Virus record (IMG/VR): IMGVR_UViG_3300037067_013349
DNA from: an uncultured virus (IMG/VR IMGVR_UViG_3300037067_013349)
Lineage: Duplodnaviria > Heunggongvirae > Uroviricota > Caudoviricetes
DNA length: 64,000 nt
Reading direction: 5' to 3' (one strand)
Shown here: positions 19,152-27,383 of the stretch, piece by piece
How the letters are laid out: every line of letters begins with the position of its first letter
Position numbering within the stretch: the first letter of the stretch is position 1
The notes under the pieces: model-generated
Told to the model about the DNA's origin: nothing
Databases searched by the model: none
What the model saw: the letters and a program-made list of their open reading frames with translations, nothing else
Translations under genes and position numbers: made by a program

Positions 19152-19166
19152 TCAGCGGCAAGCCGG

Positions 19167-19195
19167 TTAATAGTCACCGCCCGTCGTGCTATAAA
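19167..19195 (+). promoter_or_regulatory. Conserved promoter
   Basis: TTAATAGTCACCGCCCGTCGTGCTATAAA. Confidence 0.85.
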
Positions 19196-19240
19196 TGGGT
19201 ACCGGGCGGGGGTCGCCCGGCTTTCACACAGGAGCTTGAC

Positions 19241-19366
19241 ATGCCACAACTTTCTGAGAGCCAGATCAACGAATTGGATCAGTACATCGGCGAGGTCTAT
19301 GCCGCTGGCGATGATTTCTGGACCCTTGAAGCCCTTGACGATCTGATCGAAGCCTATCTCTGGTAG
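19241..19366 (+). CDS. Acidic 41-aa protein (not in track)
   Basis: CACACAGGAG leader; MPQLSESQINELDQY...; 10 D/E, no K/R. Confidence 0.7.
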   Translation: MPQLSESQINELDQYIGEVYAAGDDFWTLEALDDLIEAYLW

Positions 19367-19385
19367 GTTGTTCACGGCAGGCCGA

Positions 19386-19414
19386 CTAATAGTCACCGCC
19401 CGTCGTGCTATAAA
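19386..19414 (+). promoter_or_regulatory. Conserved promoter
   Basis: CTAATAGTCACCGCCCGTCGTGCTATAAA. Confidence 0.8.
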
Positions 19415-19428
19415 TAGATCGTGCTTGT

Positions 19429-19474
19429 GGCCACCCCCGCCTATAGGTGTCGGGTGGGGGTGGCCTTTTCTTTC
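19429..19474 (+). terminator. Terminator-like hairpin immediately after promoter
   Basis: GGCCACCCCCGCC/GGTGGGGGTGGCC then TTTTCTTT. Confidence 0.65.
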
Positions 19475-19490
19475 CCCTTGGAGACGACAG

Positions 19491-19751
19491 ATGAACGATG
19501 ACAAAGAACTTACCGAAAAGGTGGCCCTACTCAACAAAGCCATCAAGAAGGACGGAATCGATGCCGTCCGTGAAGCCGTTTTGTGTTTCTGGATGGGCAG
19601 TTATGAGGACATGGGGCGTGGCGATATACTCGACGAAGTTGAGAAAATGCTCAAGGAAGGCTACAAAGGGACTGCGAACATGACGCCAGAGGAGTTGGCC
19701 GGTGAGATAAGCTTGGACGAAGCCCGCATAATATTGGAGGACAAGGAATGA
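19491..19751 (+). CDS. Hypothetical protein
   Basis: GGAG RBS, MNDDKELTEK. Confidence 0.7.
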   Translation: MNDDKELTEKVALLNKAIKKDGIDAVREAVLCFWMGSYEDMGRGDILDEVEKMLKEGYKGTANMTPEELAGEISLDEARIILEDKE

Positions 19752-19993
19752 ACGGGTACGCTGCCGAAATCAGCCTAGCCAAATCGCTTGGCTACACAGT
19801 CGACCGACAGAGAATGATTGGAGATCCACCGATATTCAGGCGATCGCGTGTCCCGCTTCCTGTCATTGCTATTTGGGAGTGTGTTCATGACTGTAAGGTC
19901 CAATGGGCGTGTGCCAACTTGGATAACGGGCATTGGACAAAACACCGCTACTATGGAGACCTGACGACGGCATTGAGAACGGAGGCGAAATAG
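19748..19993 (+). CDS. Hypothetical protein
   Basis: ATGA overlap. Confidence 0.65.
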   Translation: MNGYAAEISLAKSLGYTVDRQRMIGDPPIFRRSRVPLPVIAIWECVHDCKVQWACANLDNGHWTKHRYYGDLTTALRTEAK

Positions 19994-20003
19994 CCTCTTG
20001 TGC

Positions 20004-20018
20004 TTTCCATCCTGGAAA
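20004..20018. promoter_or_regulatory. TTTCCA-N3-TGGAAA palindrome
   Basis: Perfect copy 4 bp upstream of a -35. Confidence 0.7.
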
Positions 20019-20022
20019 GAAG

Positions 20023-20051
20023 TTAATAGTCACCGCCCGTCGTGCTACTAT
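20023..20051 (+). promoter_or_regulatory. Conserved promoter
   Basis: TTAATAGTCACCGCCCGTCGTGCTACTAT. Confidence 0.8.
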
Positions 20052-20086
20052 CGATCATCAACCTCGCTTCATTTGAAAGGACAAAC

Positions 20087-20440
20087 ATGACTCGCAACCG
20101 CATTTGCATCGTCCGTGAGACGCTTCTTGGCACGTGGCAGGAACGTCTTTTGCAGAAATTGGGAAAGGACTTCAAAGTTCAGCAGACCAACACCACCTTC
20201 TCGGTCATGAAGAGGTGCAAGGTCTTCCTTTGGACCAGGACACCGAAGACGGGATGGGTGGAAGTTGCCTACGTGGCAATCAAGGACGTCGAGAGCCTTC
20301 ACAAGGCATTGAATCCGGTGCTGACCGCTCACACGAAGGAAGATTTGGAGCGGCTGCAAACGAAGCTGGACAAAGAGCCGGTCGCCGACCAATGGCGAAT
20401 GGAAGTCCAACCCGATCCGACCGTTCCACCGAAGAAATAA
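20087..20440 (+). CDS. Hypothetical protein, paralog of 20896-21258
   Basis: WQERLLQKLGKDF vs WQDRLLSKLGRSF. Confidence 0.75.
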   Translation: MTRNRICIVRETLLGTWQERLLQKLGKDFKVQQTNTTFSVMKRCKVFLWTRTPKTGWVEVAYVAIKDVESLHKALNPVLTAHTKEDLERLQTKLDKEPVADQWRMEVQPDPTVPPKK

Positions 20441-20468
20441 CGCACACACAACACACAGGGAGAACATC

Positions 20469-20894
20469 ATGGCGTTAGTTCGAGGCAAGCCTTGGAAGGA
20501 ATACCAGTACAAACACGAAGATCCGAATCCGGTCATTTCGGATTGGAACGGCCAAGCCCTTATTGATTGCACCAAGAAAGGACTCGTCTTGCATATCAAG
20601 GAAAAGGGCGGGGCCGTCAAAAGAGTCCGAGTAAACGCAAGAACGCTTGATGGCTTGCGTAGCGTCATCTGCAGATACTACGGATGGTCACGATGGCACG
20701 ATGAAGCTGTTGAAAAAATTGCACGTGCCGAAGCGGAAAAGCAAGTCCGTGAAGAAATGGGCGACGAGATCAAGCGTCGAACGAGGGAATTGAAGAATCT
20801 CATCGAGTCCGGCATCGACGCGAAGTTGGCGGGCGTCAAGCTGCCCCGGCGAACGAACCGCAAAGCCGAAGGTCAACGGGAATTGGTTTTATAG
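20469..20894 (+). CDS. Hypothetical protein ending GQRELVL
   Basis: ACACACAGGGAG leader. Confidence 0.75.
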   Translation: MALVRGKPWKEYQYKHEDPNPVISDWNGQALIDCTKKGLVLHIKEKGGAVKRVRVNARTLDGLRSVICRYYGWSRWHDEAVEKIARAEAEKQVREEMGDEIKRRTRELKNLIESGIDAKLAGVKLPRRTNRKAEGQRELVL

Positions 20895-20895
20895 C

Positions 20896-21258
20896 ATGCT
20901 ACGAACCATTATTATCGATGATTCAGAGCCGAACTTGGTGAGTACCTCATGGCAAGATCGGCTATTGTCGAAGCTTGGTCGCAGTTTTGCCATCATAGAG
21001 GACGACAGGAAATACTACCTGATCAGAGGCAACAAAGTACTGGCGGAGTTTGAGAAGTACATCATCAAGAAACTCAATCCGATGACAAACCCGCTAGTTG
21101 TGGTTGAATCTATCAAAGTCCGAGACGAATTACACCGGCTCCTGAAACCAGACAACTTAACCCATTGGACGCCACGACGGAAGCTTTGGTCAATCCAAGT
21201 AGGGCTAACAAAAGATTGCGGATTCAGTTCGAGAGTGCGGTGGTATGCTAAACCATAG
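20896..21258 (+). CDS. Hypothetical protein, paralog of 20087-20440
   Basis: Shared motif. Confidence 0.7.
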   Translation: MLRTIIIDDSEPNLVSTSWQDRLLSKLGRSFAIIEDDRKYYLIRGNKVLAEFEKYIIKKLNPMTNPLVVVESIKVRDELHRLLKPDNLTHWTPRRKLWSIQVGLTKDCGFSSRVRWYAKP

Positions 21259-21583
21259 GAGTGCCACGATGTCCGATGGCCCGGAAGTTTTAGAACCGCT
21301 TGGACTCAACAAGTCAGAGATATATGCCAAATGCATGGAGGTCGATGGTGATGTAGTTTTCTCCATCAAGCAGACAAGCGGTACTGTTGAGATAGTCTTG
21401 AATCAGGCCCAATTAAGCGATCTCTACAGCGCGACGGCACGTGCCATGCATTGGTCGAGGATACGACGCGAAAGGCGTCAGAAAGCCGAATGGAAGAAAA
21501 GACAGGAGAAGCAGCAGAAATTGATCGTTCAGACTGGAGAGCGGCAGTTAATACTTCTCTCTCGCCGTGCTATAATGGAGTAA
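21245..21583 (+). CDS. Hypothetical protein
   Basis: ORF; likely start at MSDGPE. Confidence 0.65.
   Translation: MLNHRSATMSDGPEVLEPLGLNKSEIYAKCMEVDGDVVFSIKQTSGTVEIVLNQAQLSDLYSATARAMHWSRIRRERRQKAEWKKRQEKQQKLIVQTGERQLILLSRRAIME
21548..21576 (+). promoter_or_regulatory. Conserved promoter
   Basis: TTAATA-N17-TATAAT, CCGTGC. Confidence 0.85.
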
Positions 21584-21606
21584 ATCCAACACACAGGAGA
21601 GATGAC

Positions 21607-21816
21607 ATGATCGAACGCATCGAGCAGAAGCTTGACGTAATGGCCCTCGAAAGCAACGATGAGATTATCCGCGTCGTGGTCGAGGACGACAAGGGACGAC
21701 GCGCCATTGCTTTTCTTTCCGCGAAGCTTGTAAGCGGGCGTGTCAAATTCACGCTCGTCACGAAGAAAAACAAAGGCGAAGGGAAGGCATGCTCTACCGC
21801 CGACTGGATGTTGTAG
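21607..21816 (+). CDS. Hypothetical protein
   Basis: ACACACAGGAG leader. Confidence 0.7.
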   Translation: MIERIEQKLDVMALESNDEIIRVVVEDDKGRRAIAFLSAKLVSGRVKFTLVTKKNKGEGKACSTADWML

Positions 21817-22006
21817 TCGGCTGCGTGTGCTGAATCGGGCAAGCAGAGCAGATAATAAGCTGGCCTTGCTCGTACTTTATCGTTCCGATAGTGTTGCCTA
21901 CGCTGTCCTTCATCTTGGACAGCGTAGAGCCGATGATGACTACTTTTTCTTTCATCCCAGTTAAGATACCAGATTCGCTGCTTTGTGTCAAGTAGTCAAG
22001 CGGCGG

Positions 22007-22035
22007 TTAATATAGCCCGCTCCTCGTGCTATAAT
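22007..22035 (+). promoter_or_regulatory. Conserved promoter
   Basis: TTAATA-N17-TATAAT, TCGTGC. Confidence 0.85.
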
Positions 22036-22067
22036 GGGGTAGATTTCAAACACACAGGAGAGACGAC

Positions 22068-22364
22068 ATGGCCACGAAGTTTTCCCTTACCGTCGAAGCG
22101 TTGCCAGAGGAAGAAACCCCCGAACAGTCCGAGAAACGCACAAAGTCCGCTCCCGGCTACGCGAAAGCCGTCCGAGAGGTCAAGAAGACGGCAGAGGGCC
22201 GCTGGGGTTGGTGTGTGGTGAAGATTACCGCCAACGTGAAGGGAAAGGAAGGGACGGCATTCCTTAGCAACTGCTCTTACAAGAATGCCGAGGATTTCGT
22301 GAAGACGAGCGGCTATTTCCAACAGATGGTCGAGGAAGCAGTCGACGAAGCTGTCGGCGGTTGA
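22068..22364 (+). CDS. Hypothetical phage protein
   Basis: ACACACAGGAG leader; WGWCVVKITA...LSNCSY...GYF.QMV.EA. Confidence 0.75.
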   Translation: MATKFSLTVEALPEEETPEQSEKRTKSAPGYAKAVREVKKTAEGRWGWCVVKITANVKGKEGTAFLSNCSYKNAEDFVKTSGYFQQMVEEAVDEAVGG

Positions 22365-22373
22365 GTATTTATA

Positions 22374-22402
22374 TTAACAGAGGCCGCCTTCCGTGCTATT
22401 AT
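22374..22402 (+). promoter_or_regulatory. Conserved promoter
   Basis: TTAACA-N17-TATTAT, CCGTGC. Confidence 0.75.
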
Positions 22403-22435
22403 TGGGTAGGCGAAACAACACACAGGAGATCCATC

Positions 22436-22879
22436 ATGTCACATGTTGTGGTGATCGAATTGCAGGTCAAGGATCTGCAAGCCCTAGGCGAAGCCGCCAA
22501 GCAATTGGGTGGGGAACTCGTTATCGGTCAGATGACCTTCAAATGGTATGGTCGTTGGATGAACGACTACCACGGCCAAGACGCAGCCTATCGCAAGATG
22601 AACCCGGAAAAGTTCGGGAAATGCGATCATGCCGTGAAGCACCCGAAATGCAAGTATGAGATCGGCGTGGTCCGGCAAGAAGACGGCTCTTTCACCGTCT
22701 TGGCCGACGAATGGGGAGAAGGTGGCCTGCCCGCTGTCTTCGGTAAGGGCATGCACAAACTCAAGCAGCGTTATGGTGCTTGTGTCGCTGCCAAGACCAT
22801 GCGGCGTCAAGGCTTCTCTGTCAAAGAGGTCGACGACGAGGAGACCGGCTATCTCCGTCTCGTCTGTTCCCGCAATTAA
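22436..22879 (+). CDS. DUF1257 (Ycf35-like) protein
   Basis: MSHVVVIELQVKDLQAL..A, YEIGVV..DGSF...D.WG, LKQRY, GFSV.E. Confidence 0.8.
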   Translation: MSHVVVIELQVKDLQALGEAAKQLGGELVIGQMTFKWYGRWMNDYHGQDAAYRKMNPEKFGKCDHAVKHPKCKYEIGVVRQEDGSFTVLADEWGEGGLPAVFGKGMHKLKQRYGACVAAKTMRRQGFSVKEVDDEETGYLRLVCSRN

Positions 22880-22901
22880 CACACAGGAGGCGACCACAGT
22901 C

Positions 22902-23096
22902 ATGAGCGAACGAATCATTATCAGAATCGATCCCAGCGGCAATCCGACCATCAAAGTCGAAGGGCACCCCGGCCCCGGCTGCAAGAACATCACCAGAGCC
23001 GTCGAGAAGGCACTCGGAAGCGTCACGAGCGACAAGACAACGAACGAATACTCGTTGCCAGCACAAGCGGAGGCGTCACGCCATGTCAGCCATTGA
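22902..23096 (+). CDS. DUF2997 protein
   Basis: IRIDPSG...KVEG..GPGC..ITR.VEKALG.V..D..T.EY. Confidence 0.85.
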   Translation: MSERIIIRIDPSGNPTIKVEGHPGPGCKNITRAVEKALGSVTSDKTTNEYSLPAQAEASRHVSH

Positions 23097-23331
23097 CATT
23101 ATCTGTGCCCCCGATGGCACCTTGACCGCGATTTGGGACGACGGGCTTGCTCCACTTGCTTCCGAAGGTCAGGCTACGATTACACGTGTAAGCCACGTGG
23201 AGCCGACCGAGGAGGGCGAGTGGACCGCCGACATGAGTCCCATCAACGGCCCGGTTCTCGGCCCGTTTCCATTGCGTCGTGAAGCCCTCGACGCCGAGTT
23301 GGTTTGGCTACGTGAAACGATGGGGTTCTAA
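23083..23331 (+). CDS. Conserved hypothetical of the DUF1257/DUF2997 module
   Basis: ITRVSHVEP...W.ADMSP..GPVLGPF..R.EALDAE..WL. Confidence 0.75.
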   Translation: MSAIDIICAPDGTLTAIWDDGLAPLASEGQATITRVSHVEPTEEGEWTADMSPINGPVLGPFPLRREALDAELVWLRETMGF

Positions 23332-23333
23332 TC

Positions 23334-23639
23334 ATGATGGAAGCAGAAATCAAACGGGTGCTTGAGTGTCTTGATCGCCTTTTCGAAGAGAACGAATCTG
23401 GCGAAACGCTCCTAGGGCGAATTGAAGCCATCCTGCAGGAAGCGATAGGCAAGGATGAAAAGGTCATCAGAGAGATAGTGCAAAATTTGCCGTCGTCTGA
23501 ATCGGAGCTACTCCGATTCCACATTCTTGATAGCTCTCGTGACAACTTTCGCGCTTTGATGGGCTATCTCGATATCTTCCGAGACCAGCTTGAAACTGCC
23601 CGGACCACACTATCGACTTGTGTTGGTGACGACGATTAA
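23334..23639 (+). CDS. Hypothetical helical protein
   Basis: ORF. Confidence 0.65.
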   Translation: MMEAEIKRVLECLDRLFEENESGETLLGRIEAILQEAIGKDEKVIREIVQNLPSSESELLRFHILDSSRDNFRALMGYLDIFRDQLETARTTLSTCVGDDD

Positions 23640-23664
23640 TGTGGGTCGGCTGCCGTGCTATTAT
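23636..23664 (+). promoter_or_regulatory. Conserved promoter
   Basis: TTAATG-N17-TATTAT, CCGTGC. Confidence 0.75.
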
Positions 23665-23710
23665 TTAGCTGAGGGCGGGAGGTCCGCCCCAAACACACAG
23701 GAGCACGATA

Positions 23711-25282
23711 ATGTTATCATTTACCGAGCAGTTTATTGCTGCGCGTCGAGTTGGCGTCCCTCTTATCGGCATCGAGTCCAGCGATCCCGCTGCGACGATG
23801 AAGACCCTCGCAAATGAATGCTGCGATATTCCTCAAGCTGCCCCTCTCCTGCTCTGGAACTCGGCTAGCGGTATCGTCGGCCTAAATCCGGCTGGTGAAA
23901 GGGCTGCAGCCGTCCTCAATACCGACGCAGAAATCAATCTGCCCTTTGTTTTCCTGACGGCCATCGCCGACATCAAAGGTGCTCCCAAGCATTCCATCAT
24001 CGGCATGCAAGCCGCCGACGATTGGTTCGACAAGCCGACTATTCGACAGGCGATTTGGAATCTTCGCGACAACTTCAAAAAGACGGGCCGTACCCTCGTC
24101 ATGCTGGCCGAGGTCATCCAACTGCCGTCAAGCCTCAAGAACGACGTCATTATCATTGAGGAGCCGTTGCCTGACGAGGAGCAATTGGCGGGTTGCGTCA
24201 AGAAACTCGATACGCAAGCCAGTCAGTGCGACTGTGCCGGACACAATACCGCTTGCAAAAAATGTGGTGGTACCGGCATCAAGACCAAACGGCCCCTATG
24301 TTCCGAGGAAACGGTTGGGCGCGTCGTTGAGGCAGTCAAAGGCTTGCCATACTTCGGAGCCGAACAGGTCGTAGCCATGGCCCTCCGTGGCACTCCCATT
24401 GCAGGACAAAAGCCGGAAAGTTGCATCGACCTTGAACATTGCTGGACTGCCAAGCGCAAACAGGTCGAGCAGACGAGGGGGCTTTCGATACATCGCGGCG
24501 GTGAAACCTTCGCCGATCTGGGTGGGTTAAAGCAAGTCAAGGAATACCTGACCCGAATCATGACGGGCCGGAAAGCCCCAAAGCTTATCGTCTGGTTGGA
24601 TGAAATTGAAAAAACCGGACTCGCGAATCGGGGAGACACTAGCGGCGTCAATCAGGACCAAGAGGGGACTCTATTGTCGTGGATGGAAGACTACGACGTT
24701 TTCGGCGTTATGCTTCTTGGTGTCCCTGGTTGCGGCAAGTCGGCCATCTGCAAAGCTGTGGGTGCTCAATTCGATCGCGTCGTCATCCGGATCGACCTTG
24801 GTTCGATGCAAGGATCTTTAGTCGGTCAAAGCCAGAACAACATCCGGGCCGCGTTGAAGGTCGTACAGGCTATCGGTGGCTCTGATACGCTCTGGTTGGC
24901 GACCAGCAATAGCATCAGCGGACTATCGTCAGCGATGAAGTCACGATTTACTGACACGTTCTTCTTTGACCTGCCACCGATCGAAGAGCGTCAGCCGATT
25001 TGGAAAGTATGGCTTGACAAATATGGGCTGAAGGAAAAGACGACACCCAACGATGAAGGGTGGGTCGCCCGCAACATCAAGAAATGCTGCGATAAAGCCT
25101 TCCGCATGGATGTCCCACTCGAAGAGGCTGCCGCCTACATCACACCGGTCGGCTTGACAGACCGGGAAGATATTCAATCATTGCGAAAATCGGCGGACGG
25201 TCGTTATCTGTCCGCCAGCCATACGGGCGTTTACAAGATTCCGAAGGATATCGAGCCGGAACGAGCATTGAACATCGATTAG
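23711..25282 (+). CDS. Ycf46-like AAA+ ATPase with permuted Walker B/Walker A order
   Basis: FADLGGL, IVWLDEIEK, GVPGCGKS, LVGQSQ, LATSN, SRF..FFFDLP. Confidence 0.9.
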   Translation: MLSFTEQFIAARRVGVPLIGIESSDPAATMKTLANECCDIPQAAPLLLWNSASGIVGLNPAGERAAAVLNTDAEINLPFVFLTAIADIKGAPKHSIIGMQAADDWFDKPTIRQAIWNLRDNFKKTGRTLVMLAEVIQLPSSLKNDVIIIEEPLPDEEQLAGCVKKLDTQASQCDCAGHNTACKKCGGTGIKTKRPLCSEETVGRVVEAVKGLPYFGAEQVVAMALRGTPIAGQKPESCIDLEHCWTAKRKQVEQTRGLSIHRGGETFADLGGLKQVKEYLTRIMTGRKAPKLIVWLDEIEKTGLANRGDTSGVNQDQEGTLLSWMEDYDVFGVMLLGVPGCGKSAICKAVGAQFDRVVIRIDLGSMQGSLVGQSQNNIRAALKVVQAIGGSDTLWLATSNSISGLSSAMKSRFTDTFFFDLPPIEERQPIWKVWLDKYGLKEKTTPNDEGWVARNIKKCCDKAFRMDVPLEEAAAYITPVGLTDREDIQSLRKSADGRYLSASHTGVYKIPKDIEPERALNID

Positions 25283-25302
25283 TCCTCCGATACCTGTGTG
25301 TT

Positions 25303-25342
25303 CTCCCGGCAGGAGGTTGCTCGTCGTGACCCCTGCCGGGAG
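25303..25342 (+). terminator. Hairpin after ATPase
   Basis: CTCCCGGCAGG/CCTGCCGGGAG stem. Confidence 0.55.
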
Positions 25343-25353
25343 TCTCTATATCA

Positions 25354-25617
25354 ATGATAGTTGATCACGATACCGTTGAGCAATTCAAGGCGCTAGGGGC
25401 CGTTTCCATTGGCCGTATCATGCTGCCAAAGCGGTCTTATCAATATGGCGTCATACTCGAACCGTCTAACGATATCGTCCACTTCTTCGCTGCCGATGGT
25501 CTAGAAATCGGCTATTGGACGGTTATCTCGCACCGATTTGGTCCGGTCATTTTCGAGCAGCGTCGAAACTGGCATCCATCTATCAAGGCCGGATTGCTCT
25601 TAGAGCCTGTCAGTTAA
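25354..25617 (+). CDS. Hypothetical protein
   Basis: ORF. Confidence 0.6.
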   Translation: MIVDHDTVEQFKALGAVSIGRIMLPKRSYQYGVILEPSNDIVHFFAADGLEIGYWTVISHRFGPVIFEQRRNWHPSIKAGLLLEPVS

Positions 25618-25642
25618 TAGTCACCGCTTGTTGTGCTACTAT
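25614..25642 (+). promoter_or_regulatory. Conserved promoter
   Basis: TTAATAGTCACCGCTTGTTGTGCTACTAT. Confidence 0.75.
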
Positions 25643-25689
25643 CGGGCATGGTGGTTACTATTTCTCGGCTTTGTTTGGGAGCTTGTGCT

Positions 25690-25914
25690 ATGCTGTACGC
25701 TGATATGCTGGCCGCGTGTCGTGAGCGTGGATTGATCGACGATGCCACTGCCTTGGTGTTCCAACATCGCGTGGACGTCTGGGTCGTGTTCGACAGGCTG
25801 ATTGACGATTATCGGCTGTTCGTCGGCCCTCACGGCAACTATGTCGTCGGAGAGGGGAAGCGGTATCAAATCGTCAAGGTGGTTAGACATAAGCCCCGCA
25901 AGAGGGATAAGTAA
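25690..25914 (+). CDS. Hypothetical protein
   Basis: GGGAG RBS. Confidence 0.6.
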   Translation: MLYADMLAACRERGLIDDATALVFQHRVDVWVVFDRLIDDYRLFVGPHGNYVVGEGKRYQIVKVVRHKPRKRDK

Positions 25915-25946
25915 ATCGATCAATATAGGTGCTACATTGATCGAGA

Positions 25947-25975
25947 TTAATAATTCCCATGATTCGTGCTACTAT
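25947..25975 (+). promoter_or_regulatory. Conserved promoter
   Basis: TTAATA-N17-TACTAT, TTCGTGC. Confidence 0.8.
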
Positions 25976-26014
25976 TTTCCAGACGGCAACAATAGTACAC
26001 ACAGGAGCAATGAA

Positions 26015-26974
26015 ATGACCGCTACCGAACAAATCCAGCAAGCCCAAGAAGAGGACAAGATCGATATCCTTAGCAAGACGACGTGCCTCTTGTTACGGTT
26101 CCACAAGACTGGCCTGATTCGCAAGGGCAATATCTCCAAAATCCAGACGGAAGCCAACAAAAAGCGTCTTGGATTGCACAAGAAAATCCTCACCAGTGAG
26201 AACTACGACAGCATGATGCTTTGTGCCCGTGACTGCCGCCGATACGCAGTCAAGAGACAGGTCCCCGGTTCCCCCTTTGCAGAAGGGACTCATCTTGTGC
26301 CGTGCCCGCTCGTCGATGACCTGAATGAAAAAATTGCCAACGCAACAGCGGCCTACAACAGATGGGCCGACCTGTTCGTTGCCGAGTACGAGTCACTGGT
26401 CAAAGAGGCCAAAATCGAACTCAAAGACCAGTTCGACCCCAGCAATTATTACGACGTGAGCACGGAAGCTGGTCGACTTGCCCTTCGCTCCAAGTTTTGG
26501 GTTGAGCGTCGTTGGTTCGACTGGTCGCCAACGAACGAGTCAAAGGTCAGCAGTGTGATTGCTGAACAGGAACGGAAGCAGCAAGCAGACGAAATCAAGA
26601 ATATGGCCATGGAGGTCAAAGCCGCTTTGCGACTGGGGCTTAAGAGGCTGGTTGACCATCTGGTTGAGCGGTTGACACCCGGCCCCGGTGGGAGCCGCAA
26701 GGTCTTCATGGCTTCCACCATTACGAAAATCGTCGAATTTCTGGAGTTGTTCTCTGCCCGCAATGTCTGTGGTGACCGAGAATTGGCCTTGCTGGCCGAC
26801 CAAGCCAAAGAAGTACTTGATGGTCAAACCCCTGAATCGATCAGAGGGAACGACGAAGTACAAACAGCCGTCGCTGCACGTATGTCAGAGGTAAAGGAGA
26901 ATCTTGATAAGCTTCTCCGAGATATGCCCGAACGGGTTATCGACCTGGATGACGACGACGATGACGACGAGTGA
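26015..26974 (+). CDS. DUF3150-like helical protein
   Basis: ACACACAGGAG leader; GTHLVP, F..EY..L..EAK.EL...FDP.NY, LV.HL.ERL, RKVF..S.I. Confidence 0.65.
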   Translation: MTATEQIQQAQEEDKIDILSKTTCLLLRFHKTGLIRKGNISKIQTEANKKRLGLHKKILTSENYDSMMLCARDCRRYAVKRQVPGSPFAEGTHLVPCPLVDDLNEKIANATAAYNRWADLFVAEYESLVKEAKIELKDQFDPSNYYDVSTEAGRLALRSKFWVERRWFDWSPTNESKVSSVIAEQERKQQADEIKNMAMEVKAALRLGLKRLVDHLVERLTPGPGGSRKVFMASTITKIVEFLELFSARNVCGDRELALLADQAKEVLDGQTPESIRGNDEVQTAVAARMSEVKENLDKLLRDMPERVIDLDDDDDDDE

Positions 26975-27329
26975 TTTTTTGTGGGTGCTTTTTCGGACAC
27001 TCTTTTGGCCCTGCATAATAGCTAAGAGAGTGTCCGAACGGCTTTTTCGGCCTAAGATTTTCCTTAATCCGACAACCGATAATTATCCGTCTTATTTCGA
27101 TGTTCCGATAGATTTAGATTCATCGACAGATTCAACGACTAAATGGACCCATCCTGTTTTTGGCGATCTGATCCAAAAAGCAAACGGAGCCAGCGGATAC
27201 ACTCACGGATTTCAGGTTCCGTCACCTACAATGGCTCCTGGTCCGCCAATACGGCCAACGCTAGTAAGACAGCAAAAGCCAAAAATCGACATTAACTTGG
27301 AAGGCGACCGAATGATAAATCTGGATTAG
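26961..27329 (+). CDS. Hypothetical protein ending GDRMINLD
   Basis: ORF overlapping upstream stop; N-terminal hydrophobic segment. Confidence 0.6.
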   Translation: MTTSDFLWVLFRTLFWPCIIAKRVSERLFRPKIFLNPTTDNYPSYFDVPIDLDSSTDSTTKWTHPVFGDLIQKANGASGYTHGFQVPSPTMAPGPPIRPTLVRQQKPKIDINLEGDRMINLD

Positions 27330-27354
27330 TCGAGTGTGCTTGTCGTGCTATAAA
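27326..27354 (+). promoter_or_regulatory. Conserved promoter
   Basis: TTAGTC-N17-TATAAA, GTCGTGC. Confidence 0.75.
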
Positions 27355-27383
27355 TGGGGTAGACTTCAAGCACACAGGGAGAT

